A DNA stretch of 64,000 nucleotides from an uncultured Solirubrobacteraceae bacterium (GTDB taxonomy: Bacteria; Actinomycetota; Thermoleophilia; Solirubrobacterales; Solirubrobacteraceae), in NCBI GenBank assembly GCA_963822245.1, contig CAWGGR010000006.1:144779-208778 (forward strand), written 5' to 3'. Position numbers and translations under genes: made by a program. Below, piece by piece: positions 27,591-37,839 of the stretch. The notes beneath the pieces are model-generated. The model was not told where the DNA came from and searched no databases. It saw nothing but the letters and a program-made list of their open reading frames with translations. Each line of letters begins with the position of its first letter. Position 1 is the first letter of the stretch.

Positions 27591-28864
27591 CAGACGGACA
27601 CGGCCTCGAGCGCGCCGGCCTCGAAGGCCTCGACGCTCGGAGCGATCGTGCGCGTCTGGAACGTCCCGCGGACGGCGTCGAGCGTCTTCAGGCCCTCGCC
27701 GGTGATCACCAGCACGACACGCTCGTCGGGGTCGATGTCACCGCGCGCGGCGAGCTTCGCGAGCACCGCGGTCGTGGTGCCACCGGCCGTCTCCGTGAAC
27801 ACGCCGGTCGTCTCTGCGAGCAGCTTGATGCCCGCGCGAATCTCATCGTCGCTGACGGCGTCGATCGAGCCGCCGCTGCGGCGGGCCAGGTCGAGCGCGT
27901 AGGGACCGTCGGCGGGGTTGCCGATCGCAAGTGACTTGGCGATCGTGCTCGGCTTGACCGGTCGGCAGACGTCCTGCCCGGCGGCGAACGCGCTCGCCAC
28001 CGGCGAGCAGCCCTCCGCCTGCGCGCCGTTCATGCGCGGCACCGCACGGGCGGGGTTCTCTTCGATCAGACCGAGCTCGCTCCATTCCTCGAAGCCCCTG
28101 GCGATTTTCGTGAACAGCGACCCCGAGGCGACGGGGACGATGCAGCGGTCGGGCAGCTCCCAGCCGAGCTGCTCGGCGATCTCGAACGCGAGCGTCTTCG
28201 ATCCCTCGGCGTAGTAGGGGCGCAGGTTGATGTTCACGAACGCCCAGTCGCGCTCCGCGCACAGCTCGGTGCAGAGGCGGTTGACGTCGTCGTAGTTGCC
28301 CTCGACGCCGATCAGGTTCGTGCCGTAGACGCCCGTCGCGAGGATCTTCTGCTCCTCCAGGTCGGCCGGGATGAAGACGTAGGAGTCCATTCCCAGCGCC
28401 GCGCCGTGGGCGGCGACGGAGTTCGCGAGGTTGCCCGTCGAGGCGCACGCGATCGTCTCGAAGCCGAGCTCGCGTGCGCGCGTCACCGCGACCGAGACGA
28501 CGCGGTCCTTGAACGAGTGCGTCGGGTTGGCCGCGTCGTTCTTGACCCACACCTCGCGCAGGCCGAGGCGCGCGGCGAGCCTGTCGGCGCGGATCAGCGG
28601 GGTGCAGCCGGCCGGCAGGCCGGCACGCGAGGCGAGCCGCCCGGACGGTCCCGGGGGGCCGCCCGCGAGCGGCAGGAAGTCGGCGTAGCGCCAGATGTTC
28701 TGCGGTCCACCCTGGATACGGCGGCGCAGCTCGGGAACGTCGAGCCTCGAGCCGCTGTGGTCGTAGACGACCTCAAGCGGGCCGAAGCACTGCTCGCAGA
28801 CGTACAGCGCCTCGAGCGGATACTCCGTCTTGCACTCCTTGCACTGCAGATGGCTGACAGCCAT
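27590..28864 (-). CDS. Threonine-synthase-like PLP enzyme (possible sulfhydrylase)
   Basis: N-terminal CxxC/CxxC, NPTHSFKDR PLP lysine, CASTGN, PVASGSL, ETAGG; 1-bp overlap with the sulfur carrier gene. Confidence 0.92.
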   Translation of the reverse strand: MAVSHLQCKECKTEYPLEALYVCEQCFGPLEVVYDHSGSRLDVPELRRRIQGGPQNIWRYADFLPLAGGPPGPSGRLASRAGLPAGCTPLIRADRLAARLGLREVWVKNDAANPTHSFKDRVVSVAVTRARELGFETIACASTGNLANSVAAHGAALGMDSYVFIPADLEEQKILATGVYGTNLIGVEGNYDDVNRLCTELCAERDWAFVNINLRPYYAEGSKTLAFEIAEQLGWELPDRCIVPVASGSLFTKIARGFEEWSELGLIEENPARAVPRMNGAQAEGCSPVASAFAAGQDVCRPVKPSTIAKSLAIGNPADGPYALDLARRSGGSIDAVSDDEIRAGIKLLAETTGVFTETAGGTTTAVLAKLAARGDIDPDERVVLVITGEGLKTLDAVRGTFQTRTIAPSVEAFEAGALEAVSV

Positions 28865-28924
28865 TGGGGCTCCTTCGCTCTAGTCTTCGCCGTCACGTGT
28901 GGCGAAGAGCGCGATGGCCCGCCA

Positions 28925-29015
28925 CACATCACCTGGAATTGGCACCTTCCCGCCTGTGACTTGGCGGTGGTTGCCGGGGTTTCATAGGGCCAGGCCCTCC
29001 ACCCCTCTGGATGTG
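28925..29015 (-). ncRNA. SAM-I-type riboswitch lacking P4
   Basis: Minus strand: CACATCCAGAGGGGTGGAGGGCCTGGCCCTATGAAACCCCGGCAACC...AAGGTGCCAATTCCAGGTGATGTG; P1 = CACATC/GATGTG. Confidence 0.92.
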
Positions 29016-29129
29016 GTTACTGCTGTCTGAGCGCAGTCTAGCAAGCCTTTCGGCCGACGCGAGTCGACCTGTGAGCCGCGGCCGCGCACTTGCGGGTAAC
29101 GCCGCGCGCGGGCCGGTGTAGCCCTAGCG

Positions 29130-30125
29130 GTGAGCATCTCAACACGCGGGGACGACCTCGACACGACCGCCGCGGACGCGCCGTTCCGCTTCGCCTCGCC
29201 GCAGCACAAGCGGCGCATGCTGATCATCGTCAACCCGTACGCGACGACCGTCTCAGACCGCCTGCGCAATCTCGTCGTGCTCGCGCTCGAGGGCCGCTTC
29301 GAGGTCGACGCCGTCGACACCGAGGCCCGCGGCCACGCCACCGAGCTGTGCCGCGAGGCAGCCCACGAGGGCTATGACGTGGTCGTCGCGTTCGGCGGCG
29401 ACGGCACGGTCAACGAAGCCGCCAACGGCCTGCTCGGCTCCCCCACCCCGCTCTGCTGCCTGCCGGGCGGCTCGGCGAACGTGTTCGGCAAGATGCTCGG
29501 CATCCCCGGCGACGTCGTCGACGCGACGGAGCATCTGCTCGCGATGGCCGATGACTGGCGCCCGCGCCGTGTCGATCTCGGCGTCGTCAACGGCCGTTGC
29601 TTCACGTTCGCCTCGGGGCTCGGCCTCGACGCGAGCGTCGTCGAGCGGGTCGATGCCAATCCGCGCATGAAGGCGCGCCTCGGCGCGTACTTCTTCACGT
29701 GGGTCGCGGTCAGCACGTTCTTCCGGCGCTATCTCGTCGGCGCGCCGCGCCTGGAGGTCGACGCCGGCGGCAGGAGGCTGCGCGGTGTCACCGCGATCGT
29801 CCAGAACGGCTCGCCGTTCACCTACTTCCAGGATCGCCCGATCGAGATCGCCGAAGGCGCCGCGCTCGACTCCGGCTCGCTGCACAGCGGCGTGCTGCAT
29901 CGCGCGTCGCTGCCCGCGATGCTGTCGCTCGCCTGGCGTGCGTTCTCGAGCCGCGCGCGCGTCACCGGCAACCGCCAGATCAGTCAGCTCGCCGATACGC
30001 AGGAGCTGACCGTGCGCAGCACCGACGGGCGGCCGCTGCCGCTGCAGGTCGACGGCGACTTCCTCGGCGACGTCGAGGAGGCTCGCTATTCGATCATGCC
30101 CGACGCGCTCCGCGTCGTCGCCTGA
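29130..30125 (+). CDS. Diacylglycerol kinase family lipid kinase
   Basis: IVNP, GGDGTVNEAANG, LPGGSANVF, QVDGD. Confidence 0.92.
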   Translation: MSISTRGDDLDTTAADAPFRFASPQHKRRMLIIVNPYATTVSDRLRNLVVLALEGRFEVDAVDTEARGHATELCREAAHEGYDVVVAFGGDGTVNEAANGLLGSPTPLCCLPGGSANVFGKMLGIPGDVVDATEHLLAMADDWRPRRVDLGVVNGRCFTFASGLGLDASVVERVDANPRMKARLGAYFFTWVAVSTFFRRYLVGAPRLEVDAGGRRLRGVTAIVQNGSPFTYFQDRPIEIAEGAALDSGSLHSGVLHRASLPAMLSLAWRAFSSRARVTGNRQISQLADTQELTVRSTDGRPLPLQVDGDFLGDVEEARYSIMPDALRVVA

Positions 30126-30141
30126 GCGAGGCTGGCGTCGT

Positions 30142-32547
30142 CTAGGCCTGCGTGGCCGCGCCGGGCGTGACGCGGTAGGCGTCGAACACCGAGTCGATGT
30201 TGCGCAGGCGCGTGATCGCGCCCCGCAGCGTGTGCGTGTCGGCGACCTCGATCACGAAGCGGTTCTTGACCATCGGCGGCATCGACAGGCAGCGTGCTTC
30301 GAGGATGTTCGCGCCGGACTCCGAGAACGCCCGCGAGAGCTCCTCGAGCAGGCGGTGGCGATCCCAGGCATCGATCTGGATCTCCACGACGAAGCCCGTT
30401 GACTGGTCGCCTTCCCAGCTGACGTTCGCGAAGCGCTCGGGGCTTTTGCGCAGCAACGCCGTGTTCGGGCAGTCCTCGCGGTGGATCGTGATGCCGCGGC
30501 CGAGGGAGATGTAGCCGACGATGTCATCGCCCGGGACCGGCCGGCAGCACTTCGCCAGGCGCAGCATCACGTCCTCGACCCCTTCGACGCGGATCCCGTA
30601 CTGCCCCGAGGACTTCGTCGGGCGCCGCCGCGAGCGCCCCACACGGAGCAGGTCCGCGGCGGTGTCCTCACCGTCGGCCGACTCGCCCTGCTTGAGGCGC
30701 TGCATGACCTTGCTGACGACGAGCTTCGGTGAGATCTTGGCCGCGCCGAGGGCGATGTAGAAGTCGTCCGCCTTGCGGTAGCCGACCTCGCGGATCACGT
30801 CCGCGAGCAGCGTCGAGCCGGTGATCTTCTGCGCCGGCAGGCCCTGTTTGCGCAGCTGCTCCTGCAGCAGCTCGCGACCGGTGTGCTCGGTGTCCTGGCG
30901 GCTCTCAGCCTTGAACCATGCCTTGATCTTGTTGCGCGCGCGCGTCGTCTTGACCGTCGCCAGCCAGTCGCGCGAGGGCCCGCGCTCGCGCTTGGCGGTG
31001 AGGATCTCGACGATGTCGCCCGAGCGCAGCTCATAGTGCAGCGGCACGATTTTGCCGTTCACGCGCGCGCCCACACAGCGGTGGCCGATCTCGGTGTGAA
31101 CCTCGTAGGCGAAGTCCAGCGGCGTCGCGCCCGCGGCCAGCGACTTGACTTCGCCCTTGGGCGTGAAGACGTAGACCTCCTCCTCGAACAGGTCGGTGCG
31201 CAGCGTCTCCATGAACTCGCGCGGATCGGAGAGGTCTTTCTGCCAGTCGAGCATCGAGCGCAGCCACTTGAGCTTTGCGTCCTCGCCCGCGACCGCCCAG
31301 CCCGAGCTGCCTTCCTCATCCTCGCTCTGCTGCTTGTAGACCCAGTGCGCGGCGACTCCGAACTCGGCCATCTCGTGCATCTCGCGGGTGCGGATCTGGA
31401 TCTCCAGCGGCCGCCCCTCGGGCCCGATGATCGTCGTGTGCAGCGACTGATACATGTTGAACTTGGGCATCGCGATGAAGTCCTTGAAGCGGCCCGGCAG
31501 CGGCTTCCACAGCGAGTGGATCACGCCGACCGTGCCGTAGCAGTCCTTCACCGAGCCGACGATCACGCGCATCGCCGTGAGGTCATAGATCTCGTTGAAC
31601 TCGCGGCCCTTCTTCGTCATCTTCGAGTAGATCGAGTAGAAGTGCTTGGCGCGGCCTGCGATCTCAGCCTCGATCCCGACCTGCGCCAGCTCGTCGCGCA
31701 GGTACTCGCCGGCCTCGCTGACATAGCGCTCGCGCTCCTCGCGCTGCTGGGCGACGAGCCCCTTGATCTCCTGGTACTTGCGCGGGTGCAGGGTCGCGAA
31801 CGCGAGATCCTCGAGCTCCCACTTGATCGCGTGGATCCCCAGGCGGTGCGCGAGCGGCGCGTAGATGTCGAGCGTCTCGCGCGCCTTCTCCATCTGCTTC
31901 TGCTTCGGCATCGCCTCGATCGTGCGCATGTTGTGCAGGCGATCGGCGAGCTTGATCAGGATGACCCGCACGTCGGTGGCCATCGCGACCATCATCTTGC
32001 GGTAGTTGTTCGCCTGCGCCTCATCACGCGACTGGAAGGTGATCCCCGTCAGCTTGGTGACGCCGTCGACGATCGCCGCGATCTCCTCGCCGAAGCGCTC
32101 ACGCACCTCCTCGATCGAGGCAGAGGTGTCCTCGACGGTGTCGTGCAGCAGCGCCGCGCACAACGTCTCGGTGTCGAGGCGCATGCTCGCGCAGATGCGC
32201 GCGACGCCGACCGGGTGCACGATGAAGTCCTCGCCCGACTTGCGCCGCTGCGCCGCGTGGTGCTCGCAGGCGAACACGAACGCGTCCTGCACGCGCGCAC
32301 GGTCGATCTCGACCGAGGAGTCCGCCGCGTGCTCGGAGACGATCGCGAACAGGTCGCTGAGCAGCCGGCGCTCGGACACGCTCAACGCGAGCGAGGCCTG
32401 CGTCACCGCCTCCGCCTGAGCGGGCGCAGGCGGCGTCTCGCCCGCGTGCTCGCTGACAGCCACGGCCTCGCCGGGGGCCGCGGCGGCGGCGAGGTCCTCA
32501 CGCACCTCGGTCGCCTGTGTGCTGTTCGGGTCCTCGGCGATGGCCAT
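30142..32547 (-). CDS. rel: Bifunctional (p)ppGpp synthetase/hydrolase (HD, synthetase, TGS, ACT domains)
   Basis: HPVGVA, LLHDTVEDT, KLADRLHNMRT, YQSLHT, EIQIRT, TPLDFAY. Confidence 0.97.
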   Translation of the reverse strand: MAIAEDPNSTQATEVREDLAAAAAPGEAVAVSEHAGETPPAPAQAEAVTQASLALSVSERRLLSDLFAIVSEHAADSSVEIDRARVQDAFVFACEHHAAQRRKSGEDFIVHPVGVARICASMRLDTETLCAALLHDTVEDTSASIEEVRERFGEEIAAIVDGVTKLTGITFQSRDEAQANNYRKMMVAMATDVRVILIKLADRLHNMRTIEAMPKQKQMEKARETLDIYAPLAHRLGIHAIKWELEDLAFATLHPRKYQEIKGLVAQQREERERYVSEAGEYLRDELAQVGIEAEIAGRAKHFYSIYSKMTKKGREFNEIYDLTAMRVIVGSVKDCYGTVGVIHSLWKPLPGRFKDFIAMPKFNMYQSLHTTIIGPEGRPLEIQIRTREMHEMAEFGVAAHWVYKQQSEDEEGSSGWAVAGEDAKLKWLRSMLDWQKDLSDPREFMETLRTDLFEEEVYVFTPKGEVKSLAAGATPLDFAYEVHTEIGHRCVGARVNGKIVPLHYELRSGDIVEILTAKRERGPSRDWLATVKTTRARNKIKAWFKAESRQDTEHTGRELLQEQLRKQGLPAQKITGSTLLADVIREVGYRKADDFYIALGAAKISPKLVVSKVMQRLKQGESADGEDTAADLLRVGRSRRRPTKSSGQYGIRVEGVEDVMLRLAKCCRPVPGDDIVGYISLGRGITIHREDCPNTALLRKSPERFANVSWEGDQSTGFVVEIQIDAWDRHRLLEELSRAFSESGANILEARCLSMPPMVKNRFVIEVADTHTLRGAITRLRNIDSVFDAYRVTPGAATQA

Positions 32548-32588
32548 GGTCTAAGGGTAGGGGACGCCCGGCACGGATTGAAGGGAAG

Positions 32589-34355
32589 CTAGAACAGCAC
32601 GAGCTCCTGCTGCTCGCCCGGCGCCTCGCCGGTCTGCTTCTCCTCCTCGGCCTCGCGCGCGCCCTCGGCGACGCTCGCAAGCGGCTGTGCGCGGCGCAGC
32701 ACGAGGCGCGGCTCGCTGACGCCGTTCCATTCGTTGACCTCGAGCGAGAACGTGGCCTGCGCCGGCGCGCCCTCGGCAACCGGCAGGCGCCCGCCGTTGC
32801 CGAATGCGACCGCACGCGCGCGGGTGCCGTGCGACTCGACCGTGAAGCGCACGTGCTTGCCTTCGCCCATCGGCCGCGCGTCGGTGAAGCTCGCGTCGTC
32901 GAGCAGCAGCGAGACGCCTGGATTGCCGCGTCCAAACGGAGCGAGCGACTGCAGCTCCTCGGCGAGCGTCATCCCGAGCTCCTCGCCGCCGATGACCGCG
33001 TCGACGCGCTCGCGCGCCACCATCTGCTCGGACCCGAGCTCGCGTTCGGCGTGATCGCTGAGCGCGGCCGTGAACGCCCCGATCCGCCCGCGCTCGATCT
33101 CCAGGCCAGCCGCCGCGCTGTGCCCGCCGTAGCGGCCGAGGTGCTCGGCGCACGCGGTCAGCCCGGCGAGCAGGTCAAAGCCCTCGACGCTGCGCCCCGA
33201 GCCCTTGCCCGACTCGCCCTCGAGCGCGATCATCACGACCGGGCGGCCGCTGCGCTCGACCAGGCGCGAGGCGACGATCCCGATCACGCCCTGGTGCCAG
33301 CCCTCCGCCGCGAGCACGTAGGCCGGGCGCTCGCCGAGCTCGCGCATCTGCGCTTCGGCTGCGAAGCGGATCCGCGTCTCAACCGCGCGGCGCTCGCGGT
33401 TGGCGCTGTCGAGCTCGGCGGCGATCTGCCCCGCCCGCGCCGGATCATCGGTGAGGATCAGCTCGAGACCGGCGTCGGCGCGGTACAGGCGCCCGGCCGC
33501 GTTCAGGCGCGGCGCGAGCGCAAAGCCGACCGAGCGCTCGTTCGCCTTCGCCGGCTCGACGCCCGCGACCGACATCAGCGCGCGCAGGCCCGGCTTGGCC
33601 GTCGCCGCGAGTGCGCGCAGGCCATTGCGAACGAGCGTGCGGTTCTCGCCGACGAGCGGGACCACGTCGGCGATCGTCGCGAGCGCCACCAGGTCGAGAT
33701 CGCAGCGCAGCTCGCCCGGGTCGCGTCCGAGTGCCTTGTACAACGCCTGCGCGAGCTTGTATGCGACCGCCGTCGCGCACAGCTCGGTGCACGGATAGCC
33801 GGATAGCGCCGGGTGCACGATCGGCGCGGCGGGCAGCGCACCATCCGCGCGCGGCGTGTGGTGGTCGGTGACGACGACCTCGATCCCGAGTGCCTGCGCC
33901 CGCGCGACCGCGGCGACCGCGGTGATCGCGCAGTCGACGGTCACGAGCAGCCGGGTGCCGCGCGCGGCCAGGCGCTCAACGGTCGCCTCAGCCAGCCCGT
34001 AGCCGTCGCTCGCGCGATCCGGCAGGTAGGAGTCGACATCGCCGCCGAGCGCGCGCAGCGCGCGCACGAGCACCGCCGTCGAGCAGATGCCGTCGACGTC
34101 GTAGTCGCCGTGGATCGTGATCCGGCCACCGTCGCGGAGCCGCGCGATGATCGGCGCCAGCGCCCGCTCGATGCCGGCGAAGGCCTCGGCCGGATGCTCC
34201 TCGGCGGCGGCGAGGAAGGCCCGCGCCCGCTCAGGCTCGGCGTGGCCGCGCCGGACGAGCACCTGCGCGAGCGCACCGCTGACGGCCAGCTCGCGCTGCA
34301 GACGCTGCACGTCCGCGGCCGGGCACGGGGCGATCTCGAACTTGCATGGCTGCAC
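32589..34355 (-). CDS. recJ: ssDNA-specific exonuclease RecJ
   Basis: HGDYDVDG, TVDCA, TDHH, ATIADVV, APRLNAAGR, GGHSAAAG. Confidence 0.96.
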   Translation of the reverse strand: MQPCKFEIAPCPAADVQRLQRELAVSGALAQVLVRRGHAEPERARAFLAAAEEHPAEAFAGIERALAPIIARLRDGGRITIHGDYDVDGICSTAVLVRALRALGGDVDSYLPDRASDGYGLAEATVERLAARGTRLLVTVDCAITAVAAVARAQALGIEVVVTDHHTPRADGALPAAPIVHPALSGYPCTELCATAVAYKLAQALYKALGRDPGELRCDLDLVALATIADVVPLVGENRTLVRNGLRALAATAKPGLRALMSVAGVEPAKANERSVGFALAPRLNAAGRLYRADAGLELILTDDPARAGQIAAELDSANRERRAVETRIRFAAEAQMRELGERPAYVLAAEGWHQGVIGIVASRLVERSGRPVVMIALEGESGKGSGRSVEGFDLLAGLTACAEHLGRYGGHSAAAGLEIERGRIGAFTAALSDHAERELGSEQMVARERVDAVIGGEELGMTLAEELQSLAPFGRGNPGVSLLLDDASFTDARPMGEGKHVRFTVESHGTRARAVAFGNGGRLPVAEGAPAQATFSLEVNEWNGVSEPRLVLRRAQPLASVAEGAREAEEEKQTGEAPGEQQELVLF

Positions 34356-34432
34356 GCGGCGAGACTACGGCGAGCGTGAGACAGAACCGCGGCGCGCCGA
34401 TCCGCGAGCCTCCGGCGGAGCCGAGGCGCCGC

Positions 34433-34720
34433 TCAGAAGGCGATCGGCTCGGGCTGCTCGCCCGCGCGTTCGCGGCGGATGCCCTCAAGGTACACGGCCA
34501 TGATCCCGATCACCGCTCCGGGCGCCGCGTACAGGACGACCTTGATGTCCGTCGCCTTTTCGCCCGGGATCGTGAAGCCGCTGATGATGAAGCCGAGGAT
34601 GATCCCCCCGAACAGCGAGCCGACGAACGCGCCGACGATCCCGCCCCAGAAGCGGTCGGGCATGAAGATCGTGTAGTGCCAGATCGCCAGCCCCATCATC
34701 ACCCAGCCGAGCAGCGCCAT
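34433..34720 (-). CDS. Small membrane protein (3 TM), 95 aa
   Basis: MALLGWVMMGLAIWHYTIFMPDRFWGGIVGAF...; TGATG overlap with the secDF stop. Confidence 0.75.
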   Translation of the reverse strand: MALLGWVMMGLAIWHYTIFMPDRFWGGIVGAFVGSLFGGIILGFIISGFTIPGEKATDIKVVLYAAPGAVIGIMAVYLEGIRRERAGEQPEPIAF

Positions 34721-37700
34721 CAGCGTGACCTGCCGTGGCGGCGGTTGCGGGGCCGTTTGTTCTTCGGCCGCGGCTTCGCGTCGTCCTTGAGCACGAGGTC
34801 CTCGGGCGTCAGGTCCGCGGTCGGGTCGCGCTCCGGCGCAGCCGGCGGAGTCGCCGTCGCGCTGCTGCCCGAGCGCTGCTCGCCGGGCTGGGCGCCGGCG
34901 CGCCTGCCCGCGGCGCCGGCGCCGGGTGAGACGTCGGCGTCGATGTCGCGGACCAGTTCCTGGAACTCGTCCCTCGAGATCTGCTGGCCGGGCTGCTCCG
35001 GAGAGGTCAGGCTGCCGCTGCGCGTCCGGCGCTTCCTGACCTCCGGCTCGACGTCCTCCTGCGCACCGCTCGCGGTCGTCGCGTAGGCGGGGACGGCGCC
35101 CAGTTCGCGCACGATCCGGGCGCGCCGGACGCGATAGGTGCCCTCGCGCTCCTTCCAGTGCGTGAGCACAGGCGAGGCGATGAAGATCGAGGAGTAGGCA
35201 CCCGAGGCGATCCCGATGGTCAGCGCGAAGGCGAAGTCCTTCAGCGTTTCGCCGCCGAACAGCAGCAACGCCGTGACCGGGAGCAGCGTGCAGAAGCTCG
35301 TCGCCAGCGATCTCGTGAGCACCTCGGACATCGATCGGTTGACGATCTGCGAGAACGCCGCACGCGGCATTCTCGGCACGTTCTCGCGCACACGATCGAA
35401 CACGATGATCGTGTCGTAGAGCGAATATCCGAGGATCGTCAACAGCGCCGCCACCGTCGCGCTCGTCACTTCCCGGCCGGTCAGCGAATACACGCCGGCG
35501 GTGATCAGCAGGTCGTGCATCAGCGCGATCAGCACCGGCACCGCATACTTCCACTCGAAGCGCAGGGCGATATAGGCGGAGATCACCAGCAGCGACGCGA
35601 TGATCGCGATCAGCGCGCTCTTCGCGACGGTTTTCCCGAAGGTCGGCCCGATCGAGGTCGAGGAGAAGTTCTTCGTGCCCGGCGTTTTGCCGCTCCCGAA
35701 CTTGTCGTTGAGCGCCGATTCCGCGTGTTTGACGGCATCCGGTGCGAGCGTCTTGGTCGAGATCTGGAAGCCGTTGCCGCCGATGTTCTTGTTGCTTATT
35801 TTCTGCACCTCGGCGTCTTTGATGCCGGCCGACTTGAGCGTCGCGGTGACTTCACCCTCGCTCGCGGACCTGATCAGGGCGGTCTGGATACGCGTCCCGG
35901 ACTTGAAGTCGATGCCGAAGTTCAGGCCCTTGCCGCCGATCGCCAGGGCGCCGATCAGGAGGATCGTGCCGGACAGCGAGAAGAACCACTTCGATGCGCC
36001 CATGAAGTCGAACGTCCAGCCGCGCCCGCGCCGCGCGGCGCCGAGCATCGACGGGTGCGAGACGAATTTCGAGCGGCCCATCACGCCGAGCGCCGCGCGT
36101 GTGGCGAGCACCGCCGTGAACAGCGTCAGCAACGTCCCGATGCCCAGCGTGAACGCGAACCCCTTGACTTCGGAGGTCGCCAGCGCGAACAGGATGAAGG
36201 CGGTCATGAACGTCACCACGTTCGCGTCGACGATCGCCGCAAAACCGCGTTTGTATCCCGTCGCGATGCCGGAGATCACCGATCTGCCGCCGCGGATCTC
36301 CTCCTTCACGCGCTCGAAGATGACGATGTTCGCGTCCGCCGCGATGCCGATCGTGAGGATCAGGCCGGCGATGCCCGGCAGCGTCAGCGTGATCGGGATC
36401 AGCTTGATCAGCGCGAAGAAGTAGATGCCGTAGATGACGAGCCCGCCGACGGCGATCGCGCCGAGCATGCGGTAGAAGACGAGCAGGAACAGGCAGACGA
36501 TCGCGAAGCCGATGAGGCCCGCGAGCAGGCCTTCCTTGAGCGCCTGTTTGCCGAGCGTCGCAGACACCTGCGAGCGCGAGATCAGCACGAGCTTGATCGG
36601 CAGCGCGCCGGACTGCAGCTCGCTCGCGAGGTTCTGGGCGGTCGTGATCGTGAAGCCGCCGGAGATCTCCGAGCCGGTCGACGCATCGATCCCTTCCGGG
36701 TACTTCGTGTAGTCGATCGACGGCGCGGTGATCAGCTGGCCGTCGAGAGCCACCGCGAAGTGCTGCAGCGCGGCTTCCTTGCCGACCCCGGGAAGCTGGG
36801 CTTCCTGGCCGCGCTCTGCGATTTTCTTGGTGACCTGTTCGAACACCGTCTTGCCGTGCGAGGTGAAGCCGAAGGTGACATTCGGCTGCCCGGTGCCGCC
36901 GCCGCCTTCGTCGAAGCCCTGCTGCGGGTTCGTGATGTCCGCGCCGTTGAGCACCGGTTCGTCGTTGAGCACATACCAGCTGTTCGGCGAGGGGTTGCCG
37001 ACCTTCCCGTTCGCCGATTCTTCGGGGTGGGCCTGCACGAGCACCGTCCCCGGATTGACACGGACCGCCTTGACCTTGGCGCCGGCGGGCAGCGTGACGC
37101 CGGTGTACAGCGCTTTTTCGGTTTCCGCCGGAGCGCACGTCACCTTGTCGCTCGCGCACAGGACCTTCTGGTGCGTGGTGTCGAGCAGGTACCAGCTGCC
37201 GAAGATGCATTCGCCGACCTGCGCGGCGGTGCAGCCTTTCGACCAGGTCGTGTCGGATTTGCGCAGGATCGGCGGGCGTTTGGCCGCGCGCAGGATCGCC
37301 TCGTACTCCGGCAGCCCGGCGGCGACGCCGCCGGCGCCGGTCGAGGTCGCATCGCCGGTGACCGTCCCTTCGGTCGCCGCCGACTGACCGTTGGCGCCGA
37401 TCACGTTCGGCTCCCAGTCATAGAACTGCAGCTGCGCGGTCCGGCCGACCTCTTCTTCGGCCTGGCGCACGCTGCCGACGGCGGGCAGCGCGACCGCGAT
37501 CTGGTTGCTGCCCGCGAGCCCGATTTCAGGCTGCGCGACGCCAAGCTGGTCGACGCGCTTACGCATGATGTCAATCGCGCGGTTTAGCGATTCTGTATCG
37601 ACCTTCGCCTGCGCAGTCGGCTTGCCCTGATAGGTCAGCTGCACGCCGCCCTTGAGGTCGAGGCCGAGGCGCGTCGGCTTCGTCGCGATCACGACGAGAG

Positions 37701-37761
37701 ACACCGCGACCAACCCGAAGACGAGCAGCAGGATCAGCAGATTCGTGCGGCGATCGGTCAT
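34720..37761 (-). CDS. secDF: Fused protein translocase subunit SecDF
   Basis: LGLDLKGG, ADANIVIFERVKEE, GIDFKSGT, YSLYDTIIVFDRVREN. Confidence 0.97.
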   Translation of the reverse strand: MTDRRTNLLILLLVFGLVAVSLVVIATKPTRLGLDLKGGVQLTYQGKPTAQAKVDTESLNRAIDIMRKRVDQLGVAQPEIGLAGSNQIAVALPAVGSVRQAEEEVGRTAQLQFYDWEPNVIGANGQSAATEGTVTGDATSTGAGGVAAGLPEYEAILRAAKRPPILRKSDTTWSKGCTAAQVGECIFGSWYLLDTTHQKVLCASDKVTCAPAETEKALYTGVTLPAGAKVKAVRVNPGTVLVQAHPEESANGKVGNPSPNSWYVLNDEPVLNGADITNPQQGFDEGGGGTGQPNVTFGFTSHGKTVFEQVTKKIAERGQEAQLPGVGKEAALQHFAVALDGQLITAPSIDYTKYPEGIDASTGSEISGGFTITTAQNLASELQSGALPIKLVLISRSQVSATLGKQALKEGLLAGLIGFAIVCLFLLVFYRMLGAIAVGGLVIYGIYFFALIKLIPITLTLPGIAGLILTIGIAADANIVIFERVKEEIRGGRSVISGIATGYKRGFAAIVDANVVTFMTAFILFALATSEVKGFAFTLGIGTLLTLFTAVLATRAALGVMGRSKFVSHPSMLGAARRGRGWTFDFMGASKWFFSLSGTILLIGALAIGGKGLNFGIDFKSGTRIQTALIRSASEGEVTATLKSAGIKDAEVQKISNKNIGGNGFQISTKTLAPDAVKHAESALNDKFGSGKTPGTKNFSSTSIGPTFGKTVAKSALIAIIASLLVISAYIALRFEWKYAVPVLIALMHDLLITAGVYSLTGREVTSATVAALLTILGYSLYDTIIVFDRVRENVPRMPRAAFSQIVNRSMSEVLTRSLATSFCTLLPVTALLLFGGETLKDFAFALTIGIASGAYSSIFIASPVLTHWKEREGTYRVRRARIVRELGAVPAYATTASGAQEDVEPEVRKRRTRSGSLTSPEQPGQQISRDEFQELVRDIDADVSPGAGAAGRRAGAQPGEQRSGSSATATPPAAPERDPTADLTPEDLVLKDDAKPRPKNKRPRNRRHGRSR

Positions 37762-37839
37762 CGTCTCATCAGAGAGTACTTGTCGGGACTAAGAACAGGA
37801 TCAAGACGTGTGCGGCGTGCGCGGCCGTCGCCGCCGAGG

